Below are positions 1-12,601 of a stretch of DNA of 64,000 bases, piece after piece (positions within the stretch are counted from its first letter, which is position 1; each line of letters opens with the position of its first letter). The stretch covers positions 28,334,001 through 28,398,000 of the forward strand of contig NC_043017.1 in NCBI RefSeq assembly GCF_006345805.1. The letters are read 5' to 3'. Source of the DNA: Octopus sinensis. Lineage: Eukaryota. A program made the position numbers and the translations under genes. A model generated the notes under the pieces. That model worked only from the letters and a program-made list of their open reading frames with translations, did no database searches and was not told the DNA's origin.

Positions 1-552
1 ATGCACATTATCCTTCCCACCGGCCTCCTGGTTACTTAAAGTGCAATGAACGCAGCACTTCATCTACTAATCAGAGATGGGTATTGACCGAATTATTAGT
101 ATAAGACGTATAAGAAAACCATGGGTTTGCAGTCAGTAGTGAGGCTAAGAAAACTGACTTGAAGTGTTTAATAACGTTACTTTACGTTCTTTGTTCAAGT
201 CCCATCAATTTTTATTTTACCTAATATCCTTCAGAGTTTGGGAAAATAAAAAAAAACTAGTTAAATTTTAGACTTCATTCAATCCTTTTGTCCAATTTTT
301 CTGATATTGTGGCTCCAAAATAATCGTTAAAGCGAGAGATTTAATGCCGTAAGTCATTTAGTAACACGTTTTACATTTTGTGTTCAAATCTTATCTGATG
401 TAACTTTGATTTTCATCCTTGTCGGGATCGATAAAATAAATGTTTCTATTTATTTAATTAATTTCACTGTTGTTAGGAATAAGTATCACAAACACACACA
501 ATACGTGTATACGTAAAAAAAATAGAATAATAACAATAATAATAATAATGAT

Positions 553-700
553 GGTTCTAAATTTTGGCACAAGGCCACCAATTTTTGTGGGAGGGAGTAA
601 TTCAAATATATCGACCCCAGTACTTGAGTGGTACTTTATTTTATCGACCCTTAAAGGATGAAAGACAAAGTCAACGTCGGCGGAATTTGAACCCAGAGCT
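553..700 (-). mobile_element. Old SINE group A copy (tail type 2), partial
   Basis: Reverse complement of the box B (GTTCAAATTCC-like) and GTCGACTTTGCCTTTCATCCTTT core, plus the CCTTGTGCCAAAATTT tail seen in many other copies in the window. Confidence 0.7.
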
Positions 701-1289
701 TAAAGAATCGGAAATAACAATAATATGAAAAACAATAAAGTAGAATCGAATTATCTAAAGGTGGCTGCTGGTAATTTAATAAATTTAGATGGAAAGCTGC
801 AAAAACCGTGAGTATCTAATCTTTTTTTTTTGGTCTTTATTAAAAAGAATTTGTCTATATTAAATATAAGTATCCGTTAAATTGATTAACTTTAAACTAT
901 TATTGATTTGTAGTTAAATATTTAAATGTTGATGGTTTATAACAGCATATGACGTCGATGTATTTTTCTGAGAACATGAAAAAATGTAATTTGCATATAT
1001 ACATTAAATATATAATCTCAATATTCAAGAGCATTAAAAAACACACACAAACAAATACATATGCACTATTAGATATTTAACCTACCACCGAATTCCACTT
1101 GAAGATCTTGAATTGTCTATAACCTTCTTCTATTTAGATATTTAATAGGGCAAATTAAAACTTAATATGGTAAATTAAAGGAAAGTTTTTCTCAAACATT
1201 ATTATGAATTAACCCATTTGAGGGACTATGATACAGCTTGATAACATTACTATGGAGAAAATCACATACAAGCATAATAGCAATCTAAG

Positions 1290-1510
1290 GTGTCACTCTG
1301 GAAGAAATGTTAGCTTGCCGAGCAAAATGCTGAGCTGTAATTTCGTCCGCCTTTGCGTTCTGAGTTCAAATTCCGCAAAGGTTGACTTCGCCTTTCGTAC
1401 GTTTGCGGTCTGTAAATTAAGCACCAGTTTAGCACAGAAATCGACGTAATAAACTTAGCTCCCTCACCCCCGGAAACTGCTTGCATTGTGCCAAAATTTG
1501 AAATCAATAT
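1290..1510 (+). mobile_element. Old SINE group A copy (tail type 2)
   Basis: Diverged head, GTTCTGAGTTCAAATTCC box B, GTTGACTTCGCCTTTC core, TGTGCCAAAATTTGAAATC tail. Confidence 0.75.
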
Positions 1511-2052
1511 TATAGCAATTTGGGGGTTCTGAGTGGATCTTTTGATATAATGTATTCCAGTATTTAGTTAGAAAAGTTTCTGCTCTGAGTTCACATGATA
1601 CAATAGTCGACTTTGCCTTTTCATTTTTCGGAAATGATGAAATTCAAGGTAAAGACAAATGCCAATTAAATCGACTCTTTATCTCAGATATGACTCCTTA
1701 TGTACACGAGAGAGATCAATATTGGTGAAAGGCTGTTGAATTAATGTACTCAATAGCTGGGGATCAATGGGGTAACACAGTTGTGATTATAATAGAAAAT
1801 ATTTCACTGCAGGAATACGGCGTTCAGTGGGCGCCATTCCTACTCTTGAAGAGTCTCACTGGACGGGATGCAAGCTCGTTGCAACGTTAAATATTAATTG
1901 CTGTTCTTGGTGCTAATTTTGATGGCCTAAATGGAATATCGTGAAATAAGGACACCTTACTATTAAAAACAAACCACTAGCCTATTCGGAAATAGAACTT
2001 GTGATCAGCCACTAAGTCACTCACCAGAATGTTCAGAAGACCATCTGATGAC

Positions 2053-2545
2053 TAAGTTAAGTTAATTTTTTAACTCAAAAAGCAAAAACAAAGCCATGTA
2101 GGGGGACATGAAGTTATGTACATGGAGGGTGTTCATGCAAAGAGTTCAGGCCATTTCTGGTCAAGAGAGTCTTTGAACCGAGCGGTCGTCGGCATCGTCA
2201 CTATCTCGTCCGGCAGCTTATTCCACGGATCCGCAACTCGGACGTAGAGAGCCTCTCTCCTTCGATTGAGATGAAAATCGTCGCAGATAGAGCTTTTCAG
2301 AGTGACCCCGCAGCCGAGTGAAGAACAGCTCTTTCGAGAGGTTACACTTTCCGCTTGTGATGTTGTGAGCGAAAATGAGATCAGCACGACGTCGTCGTTT
2401 CTCTAGAGAATAAAGGTCGAGCGTCTTCAGCCTTTCTTCATAAGACAAATACTTGAGACCAAGAACCATGGGGGTAGCCAGCTTCTGGACCCTTTCGAGA
2501 TGATGTATGTCTTGTGTTATGATTCCATATCCTATCAGCATAAAC
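2053..2545 (-). mobile_element. CR1-clade LINE, 5'-truncated 3' end (ORF2 C-terminus, frameshifted, plus 3'UTR)
   Basis: Minus-strand frames give LERVQKLATPMVLGLKYLSYEERLKTLDLYSLEKRRRRADLI...RGHSEKL and RREALYVRVADPWNKLPDEIV...FKDSLD*, the typical CR1 ORF2 C-terminus; ends in a short (TTAAC)n tail. Confidence 0.9.
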
Positions 2546-2926
2546 ATTCATAAGATGCTTCTTTACTAGTCAATGATACACAGAGTCTTAAGATAAAATT
2601 AAGTTAAAGATAAGGTGTAGATCGATGTTACGCATTAAAAACTTAACCATAAATGTGTTGACTACCCTTTTGTAGGGAAGTTTGAATCGTAAGGATAACA
2701 GGCAAAATGGCTCGTGGCATTTCTGACCTTTTCCATTCAGGGTCTCAATACGACTGGATTGCCAATTCCAGAAGACTGAGTGCTAATTCTAGAAAACAAT
2801 ATATTCTTAGCAATTAAATGTGACTCATCCACTATTGTTTATATAACTGGAGAGGAGAGTGTTAGCTAAATAATTACATTGTTTTACATATGATTCAATT
2901 CATAAGATGTTTGGAGTATAGATATA

Positions 2927-3154
2927 TATTTCTTTATTGCCCACAAGGGGCTAAACATAGAGGGGACAAACAGGGACAGACGAACGGATTAAGTCGATTA
3001 CATCGACCCCAGTGCGTAACTGGTACTTAATATATCGACCCCGAAAGGATGAAAGGCAAAGTCGACCTCGGCGGAATTGGAACTCAGAACGTAGCGGCAG
3101 ACGAAATACGGCTACGCATTTCGCCCGGCGTGCTAACGTTTCTGCCAGCTCGCC
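2927..3154 (-). mobile_element. Young SINE group A copy (tail type 1)
   Basis: Complete GGCGAGCTGGCAGAAACGTTAGCACG head, core, and tail ending AAAGAAATA. Confidence 0.9.
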
Positions 3155-3159
3155 AAGTA

Positions 3160-3440
3160 ACATTTGATGTATTCTTGTGTTATTTCACGTTGCTGCAGTT
3201 CACTCAGCTGCAGAAATGAGTTGCGACGTCGCTGTGCCAAGCTGTATCGGCCTTTGACTTTCCCTTGGATAACATCGGTACTGAGTAGAGAGGAGACTGG
3301 TATGCATAGGCGGCTGCTGGCCTTCCATAAACAACACTGCCCGGACTTGTGCCTTGGAGAAATTTCTAGGTACAATCCAATGTTCATCCGTGACCGTAAG
3401 GTGTCTGTACTCTTTACATTAGAGACTTCCAGATAGAGAT
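3160..3440 (-). pseudogene. Possible highly decayed LINE (L2/Jockey group) ORF2 fragment
   Basis: Minus frames contain FSKAQVRAVL and DVIQGKVKGRYSLAQRRRN, loosely matching LYKAQVRP...LDRIQRRA...SLxxRR motifs; needs frameshifts; weak. Confidence 0.3.
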
Positions 3441-3452
3441 ATAGATGCAAAA

Positions 3453-3838
3453 GTAGAGGCGCAATGGCCCAGTGGTTAGGGCAGCGGACTCGCGGTCGTA
3501 GGATCGCGGTTTCGATTCCCAGACCGGGCGTTGTGAGTGTTTATTGAGCGAAAACACCTAAAGCTCCACGAGTCTCCGGCAGGGATGGTGGTGATCCCTG
3601 CTGTACTCTTTCACCACAACTTTCTCTCACTCTTACTTCCTGCTTCTGTTGTACCTGTATTTCAAAGGGCCAGCCTTGTCACTCTCTGTGTAACGCTGAA
3701 TATCCCCGAGAACTACGTTTAGGGTACACGTGTCTGTGGAGTGCTCGGCCACTTACACGTTAATTTCACGAGCAGGCTGTTCCGTTGATTCGGATCAACC
3801 GGAACCCTCATCGTCGTAACCGACGGAGTGCTTCCAAA
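3453..3838 (+). mobile_element. SINE group C (tRNA-Arg-like head), full length
   Basis: Head GGCGCAATGGCCCAGTGGTTAGG...GGACTCGCGGTC...GGTTTCGATTCCC; 12-bp TSD ATAGATGCAAAA at 3441-3452 and 3839-3850. Confidence 0.92.
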
Positions 3839-4336
3839 ATAGATGCAAAAATCCGGAAATGTAACCAAGTGGCAGTGAAGGTAAAATACGTAGGGGTATT
3901 GAAAACTTTCTGGTTTTGATAAAAGAAAATTCAGGAGGATCAGTGAATTATTATGTTTCCCTCTGAGATACACACACATATTGCAGCGGTCCTTCAGTTT
4001 TTCTAAGTCCTTTAAAAGTACAGGGAATGTTGAGCAACCATAGAAGCCTTTAGCGATATCCTTAAAGCCAGGAACTTAGCAGCACAGCCTCGTACATGCA
4101 CAATAAAAGAAAGGAATGTTCGACCGAAGGGGATTTTAAGTTTCCCATGACATCACAATATAAACGATTATATCGTCTGCACAAGAATGTTCGTAAGATG
4201 TGCTAGTTGCATTGAAATATTCATTCATAGAAATTTAAAGTCATCTGATATATGACGTTATATATTGTAAATAAGCACGTCAAAATAGATATACATATGC
4301 ACGTGTGTATATATATATATATATGTGTGTGTGTAC

Positions 4337-4387
<51 letters not shown>

Positions 4388-4550
4388 ACTCAGATACACA
4401 CAGACTCATACATATTCTAAAACATGTCATTAAGATTTTCGTTTTTACTTCAATACACTCCCTTTCAAATACATAGGCAGAAATTACTAAGTACAAATTT
4501 CTGACTATTTAAACTGAAAAACATATTATAAATAAGTATTATATTTCCTC

Positions 4551-4585
<35 letters not shown>

Positions 4586-4587
<2 letters not shown>

Positions 4588-4986
4588 AGCGGCAAGCTGG
4601 CAGAAACGTTAGCACGCCGGGCAAAATGCTTAGTGGTATTTCGTTTGCGGTTACGTTCTGAGTTCAAATTCCATCGAGATCGACTTTGCCTTTCATCCTT
4701 TCGGGGTCGATCAAATAAGTACCAGTTACGCACTGGAGTCGATATAATCGTCTTAATCCGTTTGCCTGTCCTTGTTTGTACTCTGTGTTTAGCCCCTTGT
4801 GGGTAGTAAAGAAATAGGTATTTCATTTGCCGTTACGTTCTGAGCTCAAATTCCACCGAGGTCGACTTTGCCTTTCAGCATTTCGGGGTCGATGAAAAGG
4901 GTACCAGACAAGCACCGGGGTCGATGTAATCGACTATCCCCTCCTCGAAAATATTTCAGGCCTTGTGCCAATAGTAGAAAAGATTA
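4586..4986 (+). mobile_element. SINE group A composite: head + tail-1 unit + diverged tail-2 unit
   Basis: Junction AAAGAAATA|GGTATTTC at 4816/4817; both outer flanks are (ATT)n. Confidence 0.88.
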
Positions 4987-5014
4987 GTATTATTACTACT
5001 TTTATTATTATTAT

Positions 5015-5566
5015 TGAGTGAGAGAGCGGTGTTTGCCATCAAAATGACACTAGGGTAAAATATACAAAGGCAAGTATACCCATCATGACTACTTGTCTGA
5101 TAAGGGTACACCAGGCACATGCATCACAACCATATGTGCGCGACATGGTAATCTCATATCAAGTTAAACAGCACATGACTTTGCAGGTGGGGCCCCAGTT
5201 AGAATTTTCTTCGGGTTGAGTTGTCTATCCCGCTCAAAAGGTCCCTGAACAAAAGTCAAGAAAGTTGTATGAAACACCCATTTCCAAAGGTGAATTATCC
5301 AAACAGTAAAGAAATCCTCTCAGCATATGGCTATGATGCTCACCCACTACTTCTGTTCGTGATCTGAGATGCACATATCGTCAGCCACTAAGGGACATGC
5401 TCACATGGTTAAGGTCAAGCAACTGACAAGCAAAGCTGTGGTATTGAGCAGAATATTTGCTGTAGCCCTTCTTTTACACCAAGACAAAACATGTACATGA
5501 TAACACTTCCAATCAGTTAAGATCAAATGCCATGAGAGTCACTGACTGGTATTGTATGAGAGCATT
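5015..5566. repeat. About 550-bp probable interspersed repeat between (ATT)n tracts, class unknown (possibly a LINE 3'UTR on the minus strand)
   Basis: Sharp boundaries with ATT microsatellite on both sides; the minus strand ends ...CTCTCTCACTCAATAATAAT; no ORF; single copy here, so repeat status is partly recall. Confidence 0.45.
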
Positions 5567-5587
5567 TATTATTATTATTATTATTAT

Positions 5588-6036
5588 TAAGGCTGTGAGC
5601 TGGCAGAATCTTTAGCTCGTTGGGCAAAATGCTTAGCGGTATTTCGTCCGTCTTAAGGTTCTGAGTTCAAGTTCTGCTGAGGTCATCTTTGCCTTTCGGC
5701 TTTCCGGGATCGGTAAATTAAGCACCAGTGAAAAACTGAGGTCAATGTAATCAACTTCCCCCTACCTGCCAAATTTCAGACCTTATGCCTAGAGTAGAAA
5801 GGATTATTATTATTATTACTACTACTAATATTCTTAAGGCGGTGAGCTTGCAGAAATTGTTATCAGGCGGGGGAAATTCTTAACGGCATTTCGACCGTAT
5901 TTACGTTCACAGTTCAAATAATGCCAAAGTCGACTTCCGCGGGGCGACAAAATCAGTACAACTAGAGTACTGGGGTCGATGTAATCGACTTAATCCCTCC
6001 TTCGAAATTGTCGACCTCGTGCCAAAATTTGGAAGC
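5588..6036 (+). mobile_element. Two consecutive old SINE group A copies (tail type 2)
   Basis: Heads AAGGCTGTGAGCTGGCAG (about 5589) and AAGGCGGTGAGCTTGCAG (about 5836), cores, and tail-2 ends followed by ATT repeats. Confidence 0.85.
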
Positions 6037-6090
6037 ATTATTATCATTATTATTAGTTATTATTTATCATCATCATTATTTTGTTTATTA

Positions 6091-6272
6091 TGAAAGACTC
6101 TCAGATAGTTCTTAATTACCGGTTATTCTTTACCTGAAAGCAGGATATAACAAACCACCAAAGCTTTCAAGTAATGCCTTCTCCTTTGACTCAAAGAGAC
6201 AATACTCTCCTTAGAATGCGAGCTGTGCCCGCAATGCTATCTTCTGGATCACCTCGAGCCTGACAGCAGCTC

Positions 6273-6273
<1 letters not shown>
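6091..6273 (-). mobile_element. R4/Dong-like (restriction-like endonuclease) non-LTR 3' end
   Basis: Minus frame RLEVIQKIAL-GTARILRRVLSL*, the QKxxLLGTAxILRxxL C-terminal motif; abuts (TAA)n. Confidence 0.7.
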
Positions 6274-6303
<30 letters not shown>

Positions 6304-6518
6304 TCATATACGTGCAACTGATTAGACTGTTGGAAAAGAAATTCCTAACATCGAGCTACAACAAGTAACCTTAGCTACCAAGAACCTTCCCATGTATTCT
6401 AGCTGTACCTAATAACACTTTCTAGAGCTGTACAAAACCAAAGTTTTATGTCTATTTCTCCTATCCATCTGTTCGAATATTTAGGGGTGGTCCCTATTAT
6501 TATTACATATTGTAATAA

Positions 6519-6760
6519 CATACCCAAGGCACACAGAGCTGCACTCGGAAGTGAAGTGAAAGCACGATATAAAAATAAAACTACTGAATAATAATAATAA
6601 TGATGATGATGATGATGATGCACTTGGCACAACACCCAAATTGTTACCTTGGAGACTGAAAGAAACTGAAATAGTGACTCGCAACAATACTAAAGAGATT
6701 TTTGGAGACTTACTGTCACCAAGCCTCAGGATAACATCCCAGCTAACTGAATTAACATGT
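6519..6760 (+). mobile_element. Two stacked R4/Dong-like 3' fragments separated by (AAT)/(GAT)
   Basis: 6519-6586 matches the 3'UTR at 8812-8880; about 6617-6760 encodes ALGTTPKLLPWRLKETEIVTR (GALG motif). Confidence 0.6.
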
Positions 6761-7596
6761 GTACAAACTTTGGAATAATAATAATAGCAACAATAAAAAC
6801 ATCAAAAATAATAATAGCAACAACAATAAAGCCATCAATAATAATAATGATAATAATAACAATATCGACGAAGAAGAATTAAATACAAATAGAACAGAAA
6901 AACATCGATGTAAGCAAATAGTTATAGCAAACAACCTGTAAGGCTGTCCAAAGCAATGATAATTATTACAATATTTGATTGAGGCAAATTGATGTTGAGG
7001 CAAATTTGATTGATATTGTCATGTTGGCATATTACCCAGTAGATATACCTGCTTATGTCGTGACGTCTGTATTCGTATTCAGACATGGCAATATTATTAT
7101 CATCATCATTAGTATTATTATTATTATTATAATTATTGAGTTAAGGTGGGGAGCTAGCAAAACTCTTAGTACACCGGGCAAAAATGCTTAGCGATATTTA
7201 ATAAAATAAGTACCAGTTGAGTAATGGGGGATGAGGTAATCGAATTCCCCGCCCCTCCCCACCTCAAAATTCAGGACTTGTACCTGTACCAGAAAGGATT
7301 ATTATTATTATTGTTGTTTTTTATCATTGTTGTTGGAATGAGTAATATTATTATAACGACTGTTATTTTGCTTAATTGCGATAGTGATACTGCCGAAAAA
7401 GTTATAAATAATGCAATCCTTAATGAACATCCCTTTTGCAAACAGTTTATATTTGCGCTTTGATAATGAGACACTAATTGGAAGTTCCCTCGTGAAATTA
7501 TATTTCACTCGAGTTCAGATTATGATCTTCCAAGCGGGCAATAATTACCGCTCGCATTCACATTTTATTAAATAATGATAATAATAATAATAATAA

Positions 7597-7989
7597 TCCT
7601 TTATATTAAAGGCACCAGGCCTGATATTTGTGGGGTGGGGGCTTGTCGATTATATCGATCCCAGTGTTTCACTGGTAATTAATTTATTGACTCCGAAAGA
7701 ATGAAAGGCAAAGTCGATCTCGGCGGAATTTGAACTCAGAACGCAGTGACGCGGGAAATACCTATTTCTTTACTACCCACAAGGGGCTAAACACAGAGGG
7801 AACAATCAAGGACAGACAAACGGATTAAGTCGATTACATCGACCCCAGTGCATAACTGGTACTTTAATTATCGATCCCGAAAGGATGAAAGGCAAAGTCG
7901 ACGGAATTTGAACTCAGAACGTAACGGCAGACGAAATACCGCTAAGCATTTCGTATAGCGTGCTAACGATTCTGCCAGCTGGCCGCCTT
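7597..7989 (-). mobile_element. SINE group A composite: head + tail-1 unit + diverged tail-2 unit
   Basis: Junction at 7762/7763 (plus strand GAAATACC|TATTTCTTT); AAT tracts flank both ends. Confidence 0.88.
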
Positions 7990-8001
7990 GAATAATAACA
8001 G

Positions 8002-8033
<32 letters not shown>

Positions 8034-8339
8034 ATAATAATAATAATAATAGACAAAATCCTAGGAGAAGCATATGTCAAGAACAAAATCCAAAATACAG
8101 TGCTGATAATTACTGCCCACATCCTTTGGAAAACCCTATCAATTTGTGTTGTATTATATGGAAGTATTTCTTAACTACCCTCGCCACTTACCCTCCTCAA
8201 GCTTTCAGTTATATTTCAACATATCTTAACCTTCACTTTCCTTCGAGTGCTGGGTGTGTCCCGGCAAGTGACTGCATCAACCATGCAGAATAAAATAACA
8301 ACAACAATAATAATAATAATAAACAATTTTTTTTTTTCT

Positions 8340-8550
8340 AGAAATATATCGGAGAAACTGGGACTGACATGAGGGTTAAACATGCACAAAAACTTATCTA
8401 TTTGGGGTCAGCGGGTAATTTTCAGTTTGGTACTTGGGTGTTAAGTTTCGTAGAAAGAGACCTTGTGAGACCTTTCACGACAGATTGCTGACCGCTGTTA
8501 CAGAATTAACTGGGGCAAATTAAATCCAGAGCTTTGTAAAGTAAAATGCA
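8340..8550 (+). mobile_element. Decayed R4/Dong-like 3' end
   Basis: KYIGETGTDMRVKHAQKLIYLGSA...LVLGC* resembles HAQKxALLGTARILRxVL; ends in (AAT)n. Confidence 0.5.
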
Positions 8551-8574
8551 AATAATAATAATAATAATAATAAT

Positions 8575-8883
8575 AAATACAAAGACCTAGAAATAGAGAT
8601 AACTCGAATGTGGAATCTAAAAACAGAAACAATTCCTATCATAGTGGGCGCATTAGGTAAGATAAAAAATATTCAGACAAATACATAACAAAAACACCAG
8701 GACTTACAAGTATATATAACATACACAAAATTGCACTACTGGGCACTGCACACATCTTACGAAGAACACTTTCAATACAGTAACCATAAGAGCATCACAA
8801 TAAATCCCAGCACATACCCAAGGCACACAGAGCTGCGCTCGGTAGTGAAGTGAAAGCACGCTATAAAAATAAAACTACTGAAT
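8575..8883 (+). mobile_element. R4/Dong-like non-LTR retrotransposon 3' end (RLE C-terminus + 3'UTR) in (TAA)n
   Basis: KYKDLEIEITRMWNLKTETIPIIVGALG (1-bp frameshift) KYITKTPGLTSIYNIHKIALLGTAHILRRTLSIQ*; TAA repeats on both sides, matching the known TAA-repeat targeting of Dong. Confidence 0.85.
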
Positions 8884-9652
8884 AATAATAATAATAATAA
8901 TCATAATAATCATAATAATAATAATAATAATAATACTGATGATGATGATGCACTTGGCACAACACCCAAATTGTTACCTTGGAGACTGAAAGAAACTGAA
9001 ATAGTGACTCGCAACAATACTAAAGAGATTTTTGGAGACTTACTGTCAACAAGCCTCAGGATAAGATCCCAGCTAACTGAATTAACATGTGTACAAACTT
9101 TGGAATAATAATAATAATAATAATAATAATAGCAACAGCAACAACAATAAAAACATCAATAATAATAAAAATAAAAATAATAATATCGACGAAGAAGAAT
9201 TAAATACAAATAGAACAGAAAAACATCGATGTAAGTAAACAGTTATAGCAAACAACCTGTAAGGCAGTCCAAAGCAGTGGTAATTATTACATAAAAATCA
9301 TATATAGAAATTAATAGAGAAATATTTTTGTTTATATTTTGTCTATCTTGTCATTTGTCTCTTTTTATATACTTATTATGTATATTGTTGTTGATGTTGT
9401 TATTGCTATTATTGTTATTATTTGCTGGAGAGAGGAAAATTCATTCAGCATGTATGTTTTGGTTAATTATGTCTGCATGACAAAACTAATCGTTTCCTCC
9501 CACAATCATTAAATTAACCAAAACAGTTTAAGACAAGGAATCATTTGTATCACCATTATATATCGTAGCTTAGGCGGCGTATTTGATATCATCTGTGATA
9601 AAAAAAATATATATATATCCATGAGTTTCTAAAATGTTGTATTGTTGAACAT

Positions 9653-10029
9653 GTGGAGGCACAATGGCCCAGTGGTTAGGGCAGTGGACTCGCGGTTTCG
9701 ATTCCCAGACCGGGCGTTGTGAGTGTTTATTGAGCGAAAACACCTAAAGCTCCACGAGGCTCCGGCAGGGGATGGTGGTGATCTCTGCTGTACTCTTTCA
9801 CCACAACTTTCTCTCACTCTTACTTCCTGTTTCTGTTGTACCTGTATTTCAAGGGGCCGGCCTTGTCACTCTCTGTGTCACGCTGAAATCCCCGAGAACT
9901 ACGGTAAGGGTACACGTGTCTGTGGAGTGCTCGGCCACTTACACGTTAATTTCACGAGCAGGCTGTTCCGTTGATTCGGATCAACCGGAACCCTCGTCGT
10001 CGTAACCGACGGAGTGCTTCCATCCATCC
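9653..10029 (+). mobile_element. SINE group C, full length
   Basis: Same sequence as 3453-3838; (CATC)n tail; 11-bp TSD ATTGTTGAACA at 9641-9651 and 10030-10040. Confidence 0.92.
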
Positions 10030-10344
10030 ATTGTTGAACACCGTATTTCTTTATCGGTGTATATTTAATTATTTTAAATACAATGCTTAACTATGTAAAA
10101 GGGCTACGTTGGAATTCAGTAGGATGGACGTCAAAGTAGCATAACTATCTTATTTTGCGAACATGATACCACCGCCTATGCTGCGATATACTTTTGTTAG
10201 TATGTATGTCAGTGTATGAATATGTGTACAAATGTGTGTGTGTGTGTTAACAATCAATTTCTTTCGTTCAAATTCAAAATGGCTGAAGATTAGCATCACG
10301 ATTGAATCGTACCAACGAATTTGAATCAAAAGGTTTTCATCGAT

Positions 10345-10824
10345 ATATATATATATATATATATACATACATATATATATATGTGTGTGTGTGTACATGC
10401 ATACATATACATATCCATACATACTCACACATATCCATACATACACACACATACATACGAACACACATATATGTCCACACATACACACACGCACACACAC
10501 ATATATCCACACATATATATCCACACATACACACACGCACATATATATCCACACATACACACACGCACACACACACATATATATCCACACATACACACAC
10601 GCACACACACACATATATATCCACACATACACACACGCACACACACATATATCCACACATACACACACATATATATCCACACATACACACACGCGCACAC
10701 ATATATATCCACACATACACACACACACACATATATCCACACATACACACACACGCACATATATCCACACACACACACACATATATATACATACATACAC
10801 GCACACACATATATATCCATATAT

Positions 10825-10868
<44 letters not shown>

Positions 10869-10870
10869 TC
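10345..10870. repeat. Compound CA/TA microsatellite-derived minisatellite (about 26-30-bp unit CACATATATATCCACACATACACACACG)
   Basis: Recurring ATATCCACACATAC anchor; explains the HT/CV-rich ORFs in both directions. Confidence 0.9.
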
Positions 10871-11253
10871 CAAGCATGTTTAGGAGTATGTATGAATGCC
10901 TTGCTGCAATGAAGAACTGTATATATATTCCTTAGTCTGTGCATATTCATGTGGATGTATGTGCATATTCGTGTGGATGTATGTGTATATCCGTGTGTAT
11001 CAAAGTGTGTTTTGTTTTATATACTTTACTCGTGTATCTAACTCATTTCATATGCATTCATTTCTGTTTGAGTGAATATTCGATCGTATTTTGAAATTTT
11101 TGAAATAATTGCTATGATCTATCTTATGATTCGGGTTTTTTCCAGGTAGTACATTTTGAAACCAAAACCAAAAGAAATCGTAAAAAACACTAAATACACT
11201 GAAAAAGCAAGGAAAGGAATATAAACACCATGTACATTATACATATATATATG

Positions 11254-11288
<35 letters not shown>

Positions 11289-12308
11289 GTTACCAACTTA
11301 TCAATCTGAGAGAAAAGACGACTGGACAAACAACTCTATAATTCAAACATACACATACACAACGTAACAGATTACTAATAGAAAAAAATATTTAATTAAA
11401 AAAATATAATTCAAATATCTAATTATATAACACAAGACATGTAAGGTCTGCTGAATTCATTAAGATCCGGTACCTTCCGAAGCTGTATCTGGGATGTTAT
11501 TTGTGGATTGGAAGAAGACAATTTGTTGACCATATCATTGTTTGTTATCATGTATCTGTTGATATTCCCTGTTTTTTTTACTTCATTTTTTTTTTAAAGA
11601 TTCAAAACGAAACGCCAAGACGGTTCTACTTACCAAGTGTTTCGTAATCATATATATATATATATATATACGAAACGATTAACAAATCAAGAAAAATAAG
11701 AAAATGTTTGTCTCATGAAACACACACAAGATAACATGAAACACACAGAAACGATGATTTTTACACGAAAATATATGTTATTAGTTAAATTTCTTTTACG
11801 TTCTTGGTAAAAACAGATTAGCCTAAGAAGTTGAAATTAGCAGAAGACTAATAACAAAAGGAAAAGAAAAACATATATATGTATATATTATCTAAAACTT
11901 TCATAGTTGAAATGAGAAGCCAGCACAGAAAAACACATTCAAATATATTAGTTGAATTCTAATCGAGAAAAAAAAACACAGATAAGAAAGACAGTAATTC
12001 GAAGCAGTAAAAAAAAAATTAAAAAATAAACAGGACAGATGAAGAATCAAATGATTATTATTTGAGGAGAAAAAAACCTTATATATCTCTTCTGTACGGA
12101 AGAGATTATTTACAGTTGTGGACCTATATTCGAGGAAATGCTGGGGAAAACCGAACTGGAGGGTAGCAACAGTAAAAATGATCGAAAAAGCAAATTACAG
12201 AAATTTACGTCTATATACATTCATGCACACAAAAAACCTGTCTATATATGCATGCACATATATATATATATATATACGTATATATATATGCATGTATGCA
12301 CATATATA

Positions 12309-12343
<35 letters not shown>

Positions 12344-12561
12344 CTGAAGACCAAGCAAGTGCTGAATATGTAGAAACTGACTTTTACCCAACCATGAGTG
12401 CAGAAGATTTTGCCAAACTTACAAGGATAACAGAGTCTCGAAGATGTACATACACATACGCGCACACAAACGTTTGGGATACAAATGATGTGAATGTGTA
12501 TGCATATATATACATACAGATATGTATATATTTATATATGTATATATATATATATATACGT

Positions 12562-12601
<40 letters not shown>

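Noticed and set aside
3453-3530. tRNA-Arg(TCG) gene
   Set aside because: The acceptor stem does not close and the sequence continues into a SINE body with TSDs; the same holds for all other tRNA-like heads.
10150-10950. Long Cys/Val- and His/Thr-rich ORFs
   Set aside because: Translations of CA/TA minisatellite, open in nearly all frames.
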